From NCBI GenBank assembly GCA_937877455.1, contig CALFIU010000100.1, forward strand, positions 18,320 through 82,319: DNA of 64,000 nt, in the 5' to 3' direction. Shown here piece after piece: positions 17,820 through 26,604 of this stretch. The stretch comes from an uncultured Bacteroidales bacterium (GTDB lineage Bacteria; Bacteroidota; Bacteroidia; Bacteroidales; UBA3824). The stretch's first letter is position 1, and each line of letters starts with the position of its first letter. Below the pieces are notes generated by a model that saw nothing but the letters and a program-made list of their open reading frames with translations, made no database searches and was not told the DNA's origin. The translations under genes and the position numbers were made by a program.

Positions 17820-18446
17820 ATGGGAAAAATTCAAGTAGGACAGAAGAGTCCAAAGACTGTTGACATGGGCGGCTTCACCATTGCGCCCAATGATGCAACT
17901 GAAACGAAGAATGGTATCAGTGCCGAGGAAAAGGCGAAACAGATTGAAGAGATTATGCGATTGCCGCAGGAGCAGATTGTTCCAGAGTTGCGCAAGCGTG
18001 GCTTCAACGAGGTTGCTGACATCACCGAGGCGCAGATGAAACAGGAACAGGAGAAAGCCAAGAAATTTGCTGAATCCCGTGCTAATCGCCTTGCAGAAAT
18101 CAAGGCACTTCCAGAAGAGGAACAGTTACCGCTGTTGCTCGAAGAGGGCTTTGAAGACGAGGCAAAAGAACTTTCCGAGAAACTTGCTGCTGTCAACGAC
18201 GAAACCGCCGACAACTCTGACACGGATAACGTGAACGATGGTGGCGAAGAAAACGCTGACACCGATGGCGATGGCCAAGGTGAAGGTGATGGCGACCACG
18301 ATGCCGATAATGGCGATGGTGGCGAGAGCCAGGTCCAGCAAGAAACAGAAACTCCTCCTGCTGAAAGTTCTGTAGAGGGCGAAACCTCCGAGAAAGAGAA
18401 CAAGGAAAAGTCTGCACCGAAACGCGGTGGCAGAAAAAGTAAGTAA
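17820..18446 (+). CDS. highly acidic low-complexity protein with a basic C-terminal tail
   Basis: ORF track. D/E/G-rich tract DTDGDGQGEGDGDHDADNGDGGES, ending in KRGGRKSK. Confidence 0.6.
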   Translation: MGKIQVGQKSPKTVDMGGFTIAPNDATETKNGISAEEKAKQIEEIMRLPQEQIVPELRKRGFNEVADITEAQMKQEQEKAKKFAESRANRLAEIKALPEEEQLPLLLEEGFEDEAKELSEKLAAVNDETADNSDTDNVNDGGEENADTDGDGQGEGDGDHDADNGDGGESQVQQETETPPAESSVEGETSEKENKEKSAPKRGGRKSK

Positions 18447-18466
18447 AACGCAAATCGTATTCGAGT

Positions 18467-18970
18467 ATGAGTAAGACAAAGAAACTCAAAAAGAAGTTCG
18501 CCGCGTTCGCAAGCCAGTTGACTCCTGATGAATGTCGGGAGCAGCTGGTTCTCGCGTACCTTCAGATGGAAAAATGTTTGCAGGTGTTGCGCGGTGAGGA
18601 CGTAGAACCCGTTGCCATGATGGATAACGGAGAAAGTTCTGACTTGGAACTTTTCTACATGTGCAAGAAAGTCCGTGAGGAACTGGGCTATCTCAATCAA
18701 GCAGAAAAGAAGTCCAAAGGAAAAAGTATCACCATCGGTGTTGACGTTGACTGTTCAGAAGCCATCAAGCACTTCAAAGATTTCAAGAAAGAGTTTGAGA
18801 AGTTGCGCGTTGATGCAAATAAGATTCCGCGTCCAGAGGTGTATGTAATGAAAGTTGACTTGAAGGAATACTTTGAGCCAATCCAAATCGACGCGAGAGC
18901 ACTTGCATTTCACAGAATGTTTATTGACCATTTTTCGTTGATTGACCAACTATCAAGAGACATACTATGA
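18467..18970 (+). CDS. hypothetical protein
   Basis: ORF track, 167 aa. Confidence 0.55.
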   Translation: MSKTKKLKKKFAAFASQLTPDECREQLVLAYLQMEKCLQVLRGEDVEPVAMMDNGESSDLELFYMCKKVREELGYLNQAEKKSKGKSITIGVDVDCSEAIKHFKDFKKEFEKLRVDANKIPRPEVYVMKVDLKEYFEPIQIDARALAFHRMFIDHFSLIDQLSRDIL

Positions 18971-19560
18971 GCGAAAAGAAAGCAAAAGTAGTTTCGATGG
19001 CATCGAAACAAACGAAAGAAGATGCTATTGTCGGTATTCCTTTTGGGCGACCAGCGAGAATGGGAAACTTCCGTCTCTGGAAGTCTTTAACCGTTGTCGG
19101 AAAGGGAAAGGCAAAAGTCAACGTTGAGTGTATCAATGTGAGCGATCTTGACGGCACATGGCTTGTGCGTATTCCTCAGACCTACGAAATGTTTGGTATG
19201 TTGACTGTTGCCTACCAATGGTCACAGAGCGAGGACATGGAAGAGCGCAGACGTGGTGAGGGTTTCATCCGTACCGCGATTTCAAACATGTTCTACGTGT
19301 CGAGTGTATGCAACGGTTTCTTCCATCACGGCGTAGAAATGGTTGCGTCAGCATACGCCAATCCCACTTTGTTGCAGGAAACCAGAGAGGGAAAGAGTTT
19401 CGTTGAAGACGCGAAAGACACCATTGAGCGTTTTCTTCTCTGGCGTAAGGAATACGAAAAGCATGTCAAGGAAAACGAGCCTACCGAGCAAGACATCCAT
19501 CAGGAAAACATTGCAGAAGAGGCTATGGAAATCCTTTCTGAAGGTGAGAGTAAAGAATAA
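18967..19560 (+). CDS. hypothetical protein
   Basis: ORF track, 197 aa. ATGA overlap with the previous gene. Confidence 0.55.
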   Translation: MSEKKAKVVSMASKQTKEDAIVGIPFGRPARMGNFRLWKSLTVVGKGKAKVNVECINVSDLDGTWLVRIPQTYEMFGMLTVAYQWSQSEDMEERRRGEGFIRTAISNMFYVSSVCNGFFHHGVEMVASAYANPTLLQETREGKSFVEDAKDTIERFLLWRKEYEKHVKENEPTEQDIHQENIAEEAMEILSEGESKE

Positions 19561-19618
19561 ACCCACCGATTTCGATGGGTTTAGGAAAGTCGCAATAATA
19601 TTGCGACATACAGAACGG

Positions 19619-19650
19619 GAAAGTGGTCAAATTCGACCACTTTTCTTATT
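19619..19650 (+). terminator. intrinsic terminator at a convergent gene junction
   Basis: Stem AAAGTGGTC / GACCACTTT followed by TTTTCTTATT. Confidence 0.6.
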
Positions 19651-19668
19651 GTGGCGATTTCGCCATAA

Positions 19669-20250
19669 TTACTCTTCTGCATCCATGGCCGCCTGAATGA
19701 TTTTGTGTGAAATGCTCATTATTCTTCCCATTTCTACGGGTCTCACCTCTTTCAGATTGTTTTCCTTCAGATATTCGTTGTATGCGTAGAGTAGCGGACA
19801 TTGGTTGCATTTCAATGGGAACACGAAGTTGATGGTGTCGGTTTCGTCTTCAGTACCTTGCTCATTCTTCGCTTTGATTTCGTTGTACTTTGCGAAGAGG
19901 TCGGCACGTTCTTTTGAGCCTACTGGCTGTTGCTTTGCAGAGCGCAGAATTTCTTTCATTACCTCTTCCGTGCTTACCAGTTCCACCTCTTCGAGCTGTA
20001 CGGGTGCTGCCACTCCATCCTTTACGCGGGAGCGTCTGGAGTCATAGAGTTTCTTGAACTTCACGCTTTCGACAATGTTGTTGCGTATGCTGTTGTTCTG
20101 TTGTACCGATAGAGCCTCGTTCTCTGGGTATGCGATGATATAAGCATCGTTTTCAGAGTAGCCGATACTCATTAAATCTGCCATGACAAGATATTGAATT
20201 GTGACGTTCAATTTCTTCGCTTCTGTTTGTTTTTGCTTAGATAATTCCAT
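19669..20250 (-). CDS. possible small terminase subunit (HTH-like N-terminus), in an unusual position downstream of the MuF gene
   Basis: N-terminal pattern KLNVTIQYLVMADLMSIGYSENDAYIIAYPE...SIRNNIVESVKFKKLY resembles TerS DNA-binding domains. No other TerS candidate lies next to TerL. The similarity is weak. Confidence 0.35.
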   Translation of the reverse strand: MELSKQKQTEAKKLNVTIQYLVMADLMSIGYSENDAYIIAYPENEALSVQQNNSIRNNIVESVKFKKLYDSRRSRVKDGVAAPVQLEEVELVSTEEVMKEILRSAKQQPVGSKERADLFAKYNEIKAKNEQGTEDETDTINFVFPLKCNQCPLLYAYNEYLKENNLKEVRPVEMGRIMSISHKIIQAAMDAEE

Positions 20251-20369
20251 AATTTAATACGATTCTGAAAAATTTTCTTTGATTTTTCTTGGTCAGTTCA
20301 GATATTCTGACTACTTTTGCAGTGCGGAATGAGTGAGGGAGGTCATGCCCCCGCATTCTGCACCTAAGT

Positions 20370-20394
20370 CCGAGCAACCAAAATGGTTGCTCGG
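20370..20394. terminator. hairpin just downstream of the MuF-fusion gene
   Basis: CCGAGCAACC aaaat GGTTGCTCGG, a perfect 10-bp stem. Confidence 0.4.
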
Positions 20395-20402
20395 AGCTCT
20401 TT

Positions 20403-21821
20403 TTATTTGTTGTCGAATATACATTGTAACAAACCATCTTTGTTGATGTAGAATATACTTGGTATGGTTGAAAGTTCGCCTTTTTTCGAGAACTTGCCGA
20501 TTGTTCTTGTCACAGCACTTTTCAATTCTTCAAGTTTGTTGTTTCTATCCCAATAGAAAATAGCGCAATCCGCTTTCCTCGCGTTTTCGATATACTTTCT
20601 AATGGTGTTTTCATTTGCAGTAGAAATATATTTCACGTCCCATGTGCGATTGTCAAAACGTATGTCCGGCTTTGCTGTACCATTGCCATTTTCTTGAAGA
20701 AACTCCACCTGTTTTGCTCCGAAATCTGCAAGTAAACGTCCGACGTGCTTTTCTGCTTGGCCACCACTCATTGCTGCTCCATTAGGCTTGACGTTAGAGA
20801 ATTGATGTTTTTTGTGATATACGTTAAAACCACCGTTGCTGGGGTTGAAGTATTCCTTTTCCCATTCTTCGCTGTAAGCATCAAACTTTGCTCTTGCTTG
20901 TGCAATCGCATCTGCATCTTCCCGCTGTGTGCGCTCATTGTTTGTTGTTTTGCCATCAATGCCGTATATAGGAATGACATAGCAACAGCAATGTCCGTGA
21001 TAAGGTGGGTAGCCATCTATGTCTTCCATTTTATGAAATCCGACCATGCTATCACACGTCTCGCATGGATAACTGCTTCCGCGTAGGACATAATAGCCAG
21101 CAGCACCATCTTCCTCATGTTCCATTGACAATTCTTTCATCCAAGCCATTTGAAGAGTGAGCTTTGCCATATTGGTGACATTCGTGCTACCATTGTTTGA
21201 TATACCAACGGCACCCTTTTGAACACCCTTATTGCGAATGTATGTCGCATTGAAATCGTCGGCATGGTCGAATGTCGCCATTATCTCTGGCATGGTGTAG
21301 ATGGAATGCAGGTGAGACTTGACCTTTGTGACGGCAGCAGCCATTGCGACATTTGCGTAACGTAACGCGGCTATTGCCGCTTCCCAATCTTTCATTGCCT
21401 TATACAGATAGCCGTCGAGAGTGTCTTGCAGGTTTCGGTTTCCGCGTCCGAGTAGTGCAATCCATGCGGCGAGGGCATTTTTTCTTCCAGACGGAGAACC
21501 GTCTGGCACAGTGGCTGTGGAGTAGTCATAGATGAGATCAAGGATTTCCTCTTCTGCGTTATCCATGACTTCTGCTATTTCAGCCATCATTTTTTCGTTG
21601 TATTGGCTGCTGATAGAGAACTTTTGCGGGTCAACGTTGTACTTATAGCAGATGGTGACGATTTCCTGTGCTGCGTTAGCAAGGCATTCGTCCACTTTCG
21701 CCTCCAGCACCCGGGCATAATCTTCACGTCGCAATATAAACTGCTTTGCAGAAGTGATGTCTTCCGATGTCGGCAGTCTATATTGCGACGTATCGAGTGA
21801 TATTTTGATTGTATTACTCAT
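20403..21821 (-). CDS. head morphogenesis protein (SPP1 gp7 / Mu F family) fused to a C-terminal PD-(D/E)xK nuclease-like domain
   Basis: MuF signature DGYPPYHGHCCCYVIP (compare PPxHxxCRC). It lies immediately after the portal, as in SPP1. The C-terminal ~140 aa carry E(KHVGRLL)...KPDIRFDNRTWDVKY, i.e. E..PD..DxK. Confidence 0.75.
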   Translation of the reverse strand: MSNTIKISLDTSQYRLPTSEDITSAKQFILRREDYARVLEAKVDECLANAAQEIVTICYKYNVDPQKFSISSQYNEKMMAEIAEVMDNAEEEILDLIYDYSTATVPDGSPSGRKNALAAWIALLGRGNRNLQDTLDGYLYKAMKDWEAAIAALRYANVAMAAAVTKVKSHLHSIYTMPEIMATFDHADDFNATYIRNKGVQKGAVGISNNGSTNVTNMAKLTLQMAWMKELSMEHEEDGAAGYYVLRGSSYPCETCDSMVGFHKMEDIDGYPPYHGHCCCYVIPIYGIDGKTTNNERTQREDADAIAQARAKFDAYSEEWEKEYFNPSNGGFNVYHKKHQFSNVKPNGAAMSGGQAEKHVGRLLADFGAKQVEFLQENGNGTAKPDIRFDNRTWDVKYISTANENTIRKYIENARKADCAIFYWDRNNKLEELKSAVTRTIGKFSKKGELSTIPSIFYINKDGLLQCIFDNK

Positions 21822-21864
21822 CTTGAACTTCTTTCCAAAGCTGGCGAACCACTTTGCACACTAC

Positions 21865-23643
21865 TTAATGGGTTGCATCCCACTTATCCCACTTCGACTT
21901 TGCCTTTCCTGTTGTTGGGTCAATCTCATTGCCGTTTTCATCCCAAGACTTCCCAGACTTGTTCTTTCTACCGCGTGCCGTTGCTACGCTACCTTTTGTG
22001 CGTTTCCTTGCCCGACCTTTCGTTGTGGTTTTATTACCATTTTCGTCGGTAGAAGTGGAAGTCGTTGTTTCCTGTGTGTAGTCGGCTTCGATTTCCGCAA
22101 GAGCCTCAGCCTGTCTGATGGAGATTTCCGACTGGATTTCAAGTTTCTGCTCTGTAAGTAGCAGTTCATGTTCTTGTTCAGCCTTCTTTTCAGCCTGTAT
22201 GCGCTCCCATTCTTGTGGTGTGCTGTACGGCAGTTTCTCTGATGCTGTCTGCTTTGAGAGGAAGCCACCCACAACTGCTGTGTTGAGGTTTGTGGTCAGC
22301 TCAGTAATGTTGAGGTGGATATACGGCTCAATGTAGTGTCGAATGTTTGTGTTGAGGAACGCCAGACGGTTTTCGCTTTCAATACCATATCCCCAAGTAA
22401 AAATGTCAATCATCTTGTCAACACAGCCGTCGTATTCCTGTGCGTCGGTCATAGCCTTCTCGTATGCGTCGGAATACATGATTTTGAGTGAAACACCAGG
22501 CGTATCGCCAGACTTCAGTTCTGGTGTCTTCACTGCGAATGACTGCTTGTAGATGTTGTCTTCGAGTTTGTCAAGTTCTGCCTTGTATGCGTTGCTTGCA
22601 TCCTGACGGTTGAGGAAACCGATTTCTCCGTCTGAAGGCAGTAGCATGATCTTGGAGGCATAGGACATATCCTTTGTAGTCACTTCCTCACTTCCCTCAC
22701 CTTTGACATACATGATAGGAAGGCCGAAGTCGTGGTTGCTGTGTGCGAGGTTAGAGAAAGCAATCTCATAGTTTTCGATTGTCTCTTCAGAGAACGTCCA
22801 GCACGGTCCGTTTTCGTCTCGCATGTATGCAACGGGTATCGTGTCGAAGCCGTGTGGCTCCATCCATTCCAGTTTGTAGCCGTCGGTTGAGAAAAGTTTG
22901 AAGATAAGTTGTTTTGCTTTCTCCAATAAGTTTTTCGGGTCGCCATCAGCCACGAAACGATAGTAGTAGGTATCATCCCATACGTCAATGTATCGTTTTG
23001 TTACACTTCCGTCTTCCGAGTAGTTGCAATACGTTCTTGCGAATGTACTGAGTTTTCCTGTGCGCAAATCGTAGTGCGGGAATAGTTTGTCACCATTGAG
23101 GAAAGACAAAACTTTCCAGCCAAACTCACCTTTGTCAAGGAATCCGACGAAAGCACCGTCACCTGTTGCTTTGACAGACTTTGCCAGTTGATACCATGCA
23201 ACCTCCATGTTTTTGTTCGCCCATCCATTTCTGAACTCATTGAACACTTCGGTAGTTTCTTCCGTCACGCTCTTGTCAGAAAGTTCAAACTGAATGTCGT
23301 TGCCGCAAAGATGTGTGAGGTGTTTAACGAGAATGATTTGTTGGAACGAGAAAGCGTAACGAGGAATCTCCTGAATATACCACTTCCCATCTTCCTCATT
23401 CTGTTGCCAAACATCTGGGAACAGTTCTTTGTCGTTGATCAGATGCCCCGCAGGGTCAAGTTCACGCAAGAAGTCTTCTTGTGTAACAATCTTCCTGTGC
23501 AGGGAGTCGTGTGTGATAGGAACTTCCGAAACATTGTTCCAGATGTAACCATGATCATAGTGACCATCGGGTAAGACGCGAGTAAAAGGCTTCTTTGTAA
23601 GAATGTCTCTTAACTGCTGTGTTTGTGTGAACTTTTCAGCCAT
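21865..23643 (-). CDS. portal protein
   Basis: 592 aa. It sits between TerL and the MuF-family gene, which is the SPP1-like order. K/R-rich C-terminal tail. The call rests on synteny and size; no motif was verified. Confidence 0.7.
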   Translation of the reverse strand: MAEKFTQTQQLRDILTKKPFTRVLPDGHYDHGYIWNNVSEVPITHDSLHRKIVTQEDFLRELDPAGHLINDKELFPDVWQQNEEDGKWYIQEIPRYAFSFQQIILVKHLTHLCGNDIQFELSDKSVTEETTEVFNEFRNGWANKNMEVAWYQLAKSVKATGDGAFVGFLDKGEFGWKVLSFLNGDKLFPHYDLRTGKLSTFARTYCNYSEDGSVTKRYIDVWDDTYYYRFVADGDPKNLLEKAKQLIFKLFSTDGYKLEWMEPHGFDTIPVAYMRDENGPCWTFSEETIENYEIAFSNLAHSNHDFGLPIMYVKGEGSEEVTTKDMSYASKIMLLPSDGEIGFLNRQDASNAYKAELDKLEDNIYKQSFAVKTPELKSGDTPGVSLKIMYSDAYEKAMTDAQEYDGCVDKMIDIFTWGYGIESENRLAFLNTNIRHYIEPYIHLNITELTTNLNTAVVGGFLSKQTASEKLPYSTPQEWERIQAEKKAEQEHELLLTEQKLEIQSEISIRQAEALAEIEADYTQETTTSTSTDENGNKTTTKGRARKRTKGSVATARGRKNKSGKSWDENGNEIDPTTGKAKSKWDKWDATH

Positions 23644-23660
23644 ATCTATTTGTGTTTATG

Positions 23661-26411
23661 TTATTGTCTTGGTGATAGTTTTCTGATAGTTCTTATGCGG
23701 CTTCTGCCACCTTTGTTTTGTAGCCATTTCGGAACGACCGCCTGTGTATGCTTTATGTCGAATATCTCTCGCATGAAGAGAGCCTCAAAGAAGTCAGGTG
23801 AATGTCCTACGACCGCCTTGTTTTTCATTTGCTCTTTGTGGATAAGACACCAACCCTTATCTTCTTTCGACATGTCCTGTTTTACGCATTTGCGTTCAAT
23901 CTGAAGAATGTCGTAAAGAGTTTTTGTTTCCTTTCCGATTTTGTATTTTCTGCGAAGAAGAGTTGGCTCAATGCTCCATCCCTCTTGCTGCGTTCTTTCT
24001 GCAAACTTATACGCGCACTGCGATTTCTTGTTATCGTACAGGTATTTGTCTTTCAAGTCAACCGCCTCTTGGTTGTTGAACTTGACAGCACTTGGAAACG
24101 CGCCTTTCAAAACCTGCCCCATACCATTCAAGTCATAAGCGAAATTCTGTTCCAAAACTCCCCATTCCTGTAGTTTTGCTTTCAGTAGGTTCACGGTAGT
24201 AAACGGGTCTCGGCGACAGACATAGACATCGGCTACATGGTGTCCTATCCAGAACCATGTCACACAGTTGTCACCACCATCACCTGCCACGTCGCAAGTT
24301 GCGCGTCGAACTTTGTCGCCCACCATCTGCGCGTTCTGAAAGATTTTGTCGAGGTGATGTGCCTGAATCATATCGTCGCCCATCTTTATGATATCCCAGT
24401 TTCCGTCAAACTCCCTTGCTCGGATTTCTGGCGGCTGGTTCAGCAGCGATGCTATATACCCCGGGTCGTTCTTCAGCAGAGCCTTGTTGTCTTTCAAACT
24501 TGCTTTGATGAAAGTTACCGACTTCACGAAGAAAGAAGTCTTTGTGTAGCCGTATTGTTCCCAATCGGGGTCCCAGGCATCATCAATGAGGTCTTTGCAT
24601 TGTTCGTAAACTTCTTCTGGAGTGTCACCCCAAATAATGTTGTCAACAGAATCGTCCGGCATATAGCAGTACCGAACAACTCCGTCACGTTCTGGAATCG
24701 CAAAACCTTTTCTTTCTGGGTGAGTTTTTCCGTCTGAATACACGGTGTCAACTTTTCCAATCCACCAATCCACAAACTTTCTCAACCATGAAAGCGGGTC
24801 TGGGTTGCAAGTTCCGAGAATGCGCGAATGCACTCCGACCGTGTTTCGGTTTGAAGTCATAAGGAACTTGAACATTTCAAACGGCATTTGCGGCAGCTCG
24901 TCGATACCGATGTACGCAAACTGTTGACCACGAAACTTTGTGTCGAAGTCAGACATTGGCATGTCGTAGATGGTAAGACCAAGTTTTGCACCCGTCTTGA
25001 AGTTCCAAGTCATATCATCTTTCGACTTGTTGTAGCGGCCAAGGTGGTTGAACCAGCGTTTACTTTCGTTGATGATATTCTCGAAATCGTCTTTGTTTTT
25101 TCGGAAGATTATGCCATTGAAATGTTTGTTGCGAATGTCGTACATCGGCTCCATGAGCATCGTCACGGTGTTGTGGTTGATGGTGTAGCCGTCGGTCATA
25201 TACAGATGGTCTCTGCCCGTGACGGTAATGCAACGGCAGTTCTGCTTTGTCTTTCCTTTCTTGATATAAAGAAGTTTCTTTGTCAATATATTCCTTTCTG
25301 AAGGAGTTGTAGGAGTCTTTGCGTTGACGTGCGCCCGTGACTTGAAATTAGTTCTTGCAAACAATTCTCCATCGTCAGGTGCGACAAACGAAACTTTCCA
25401 ATATCCTATCTTTGCAGGATCATCGTCAATCTGTGAAACTCTCGCCCAAATTCCGAGTGAGCGTGCTACTTCTGCAATATCTTCAATCAGCAGTTTATTT
25501 GGCAAGGCAAGGTACGGGTGTTTGTGCATAGAACGTCCGTTCTTGAACATGACACCACGCAGATACTCCCACCTTGCGGCTACCGATGCAGTCTTGTATT
25601 CAGGTGGAATCCTTGCAGGTTGTCTTGAACGGCTTGTAGTAATCTTTCTGCGGTTCTCATCCGTCAGTCCTCTCAGATACCAATTCCCGTCACGTCTGCT
25701 TGTTCTGACTTTGTAGCCCATTGCGCGAAACTTGTTACACAGGAAGTAATCGCTTTCAAGAGCGACACCCACTTTGTCGAAGTGCCAGAATCCAGTTCCA
25801 CTGATATAACCGAGGATGAACGGATGCAATGGCAGGTCAATAGCCGTCTTTTTCTCATTCAGTTCTACTTCGCCGCAAAGAGGAATCTCAACAAAGTCTG
25901 TCTTTCCTCTACGCAGAGAAAGCGGGTAAGGTCTGTCTATGGCATAATTATCCATGATTTCCCTTGCAGTCATTTCATGGAAGTCTTCACTGCTATTCGT
26001 CCGCGCCCAGAACCTATGATTATCCATGCAGGTTATGCTTGTTCCATCGTCGAAGTGGAAGATATAAACTGTGTTTTCCCCTTGCTCGAAGATGTTGCTC
26101 ACTTTCTGCACCCCATTATACGGCGTACAGATGAGGTCTCCGACTTCGAGATCCCCCATCTTTCTGAATCCAGACGGCGTAGCAACAGGTGTAGCATAGG
26201 TGTTTGCTTTGCCACCGCCTCTGTTGCCTCCAAAAACGATGATGTCAGCCACACAGCTCAGTCCAAACTCCTGTGCGCCTTTTTGAGCGATGAAGAAGTT
26301 AGACTCCTTTTTGCTACTCTCTCTGGCTCGCAGTTGTTCGATATATCTGTGTGAATAGATGGGCTTTCCATCTTTCGTATGTAGTCCAGTTAAACCGTTC
26401 TGTTCGCTCAT
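23661..26411 (-). CDS. terL: terminase large subunit interrupted by an intein in the Walker A loop
   Basis: Start trimmed to MSEQNG (ATG 26409-26411). The P-loop FGGNRGGGK is separated by 346 aa from TVTMLMEP. Downstream lies Walker B FAYIGIDELP and a long nuclease-half-sized C-terminus. The spliced product would read GNRGGGKT. Confidence 0.85.
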   Translation of the reverse strand: MSEQNGLTGLHTKDGKPIYSHRYIEQLRARESSKKESNFFIAQKGAQEFGLSCVADIIVFGGNRGGGKANTYATPVATPSGFRKMGDLEVGDLICTPYNGVQKVSNIFEQGENTVYIFHFDDGTSITCMDNHRFWARTNSSEDFHEMTAREIMDNYAIDRPYPLSLRRGKTDFVEIPLCGEVELNEKKTAIDLPLHPFILGYISGTGFWHFDKVGVALESDYFLCNKFRAMGYKVRTSRRDGNWYLRGLTDENRRKITTSRSRQPARIPPEYKTASVAARWEYLRGVMFKNGRSMHKHPYLALPNKLLIEDIAEVARSLGIWARVSQIDDDPAKIGYWKVSFVAPDDGELFARTNFKSRAHVNAKTPTTPSERNILTKKLLYIKKGKTKQNCRCITVTGRDHLYMTDGYTINHNTVTMLMEPMYDIRNKHFNGIIFRKNKDDFENIINESKRWFNHLGRYNKSKDDMTWNFKTGAKLGLTIYDMPMSDFDTKFRGQQFAYIGIDELPQMPFEMFKFLMTSNRNTVGVHSRILGTCNPDPLSWLRKFVDWWIGKVDTVYSDGKTHPERKGFAIPERDGVVRYCYMPDDSVDNIIWGDTPEEVYEQCKDLIDDAWDPDWEQYGYTKTSFFVKSVTFIKASLKDNKALLKNDPGYIASLLNQPPEIRAREFDGNWDIIKMGDDMIQAHHLDKIFQNAQMVGDKVRRATCDVAGDGGDNCVTWFWIGHHVADVYVCRRDPFTTVNLLKAKLQEWGVLEQNFAYDLNGMGQVLKGAFPSAVKFNNQEAVDLKDKYLYDNKKSQCAYKFAERTQQEGWSIEPTLLRRKYKIGKETKTLYDILQIERKCVKQDMSKEDKGWCLIHKEQMKNKAVVGHSPDFFEALFMREIFDIKHTQAVVPKWLQNKGGRSRIRTIRKLSPRQ
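25170..26207 (-). mobile_element. 346-aa intein with a LAGLIDADG-type homing endonuclease remnant
   Basis: Hint N-part VATPSGFRKMGDLEVGDLI...SITCMDNHRFW. LAGLIDADG-like PFILGYISGTGFW and WEYLRGVMFKNGRS. C-terminal CRCITVTGRDHLYMTDGYTINHN followed by a +1 Thr. Confidence 0.8.
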
Positions 26412-26526
26412 AAAATATTTACATTTTTGGCACAAAGGTAGTTCGCAAACGACTCTATAACATCTTTTTTGCTTGGAAAACAAAACATTTCCAAAATAAA
26501 ATATCTTTACAAGTTTGTTCTCAGTA

Positions 26527-26534
26527 TAATTTTG
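26527..26534 (+). promoter_or_regulatory. Bacteroidota-type -7 promoter box (TAnnTTTG) upstream of the head operon
   Basis: TAATTTTG lies 71 nt upstream of the ATG at 26605, in the TerL/scaffold divergent intergenic region. Confidence 0.35.
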
Positions 26535-26604
26535 CGGAAAAATCATTACAGGCACAGACAAAAAAGGTCTGTTCAACCAACACAAAAACTAAACATTTTA
26601 CGAC

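Noticed and set aside
17831-18700. 289-aa minus-strand ORF rich in Ser/Phe/Pro
   Set aside because: It is the antisense shadow of the GA-rich acidic gene 17820-18446, and it crosses a gene boundary on the other strand.
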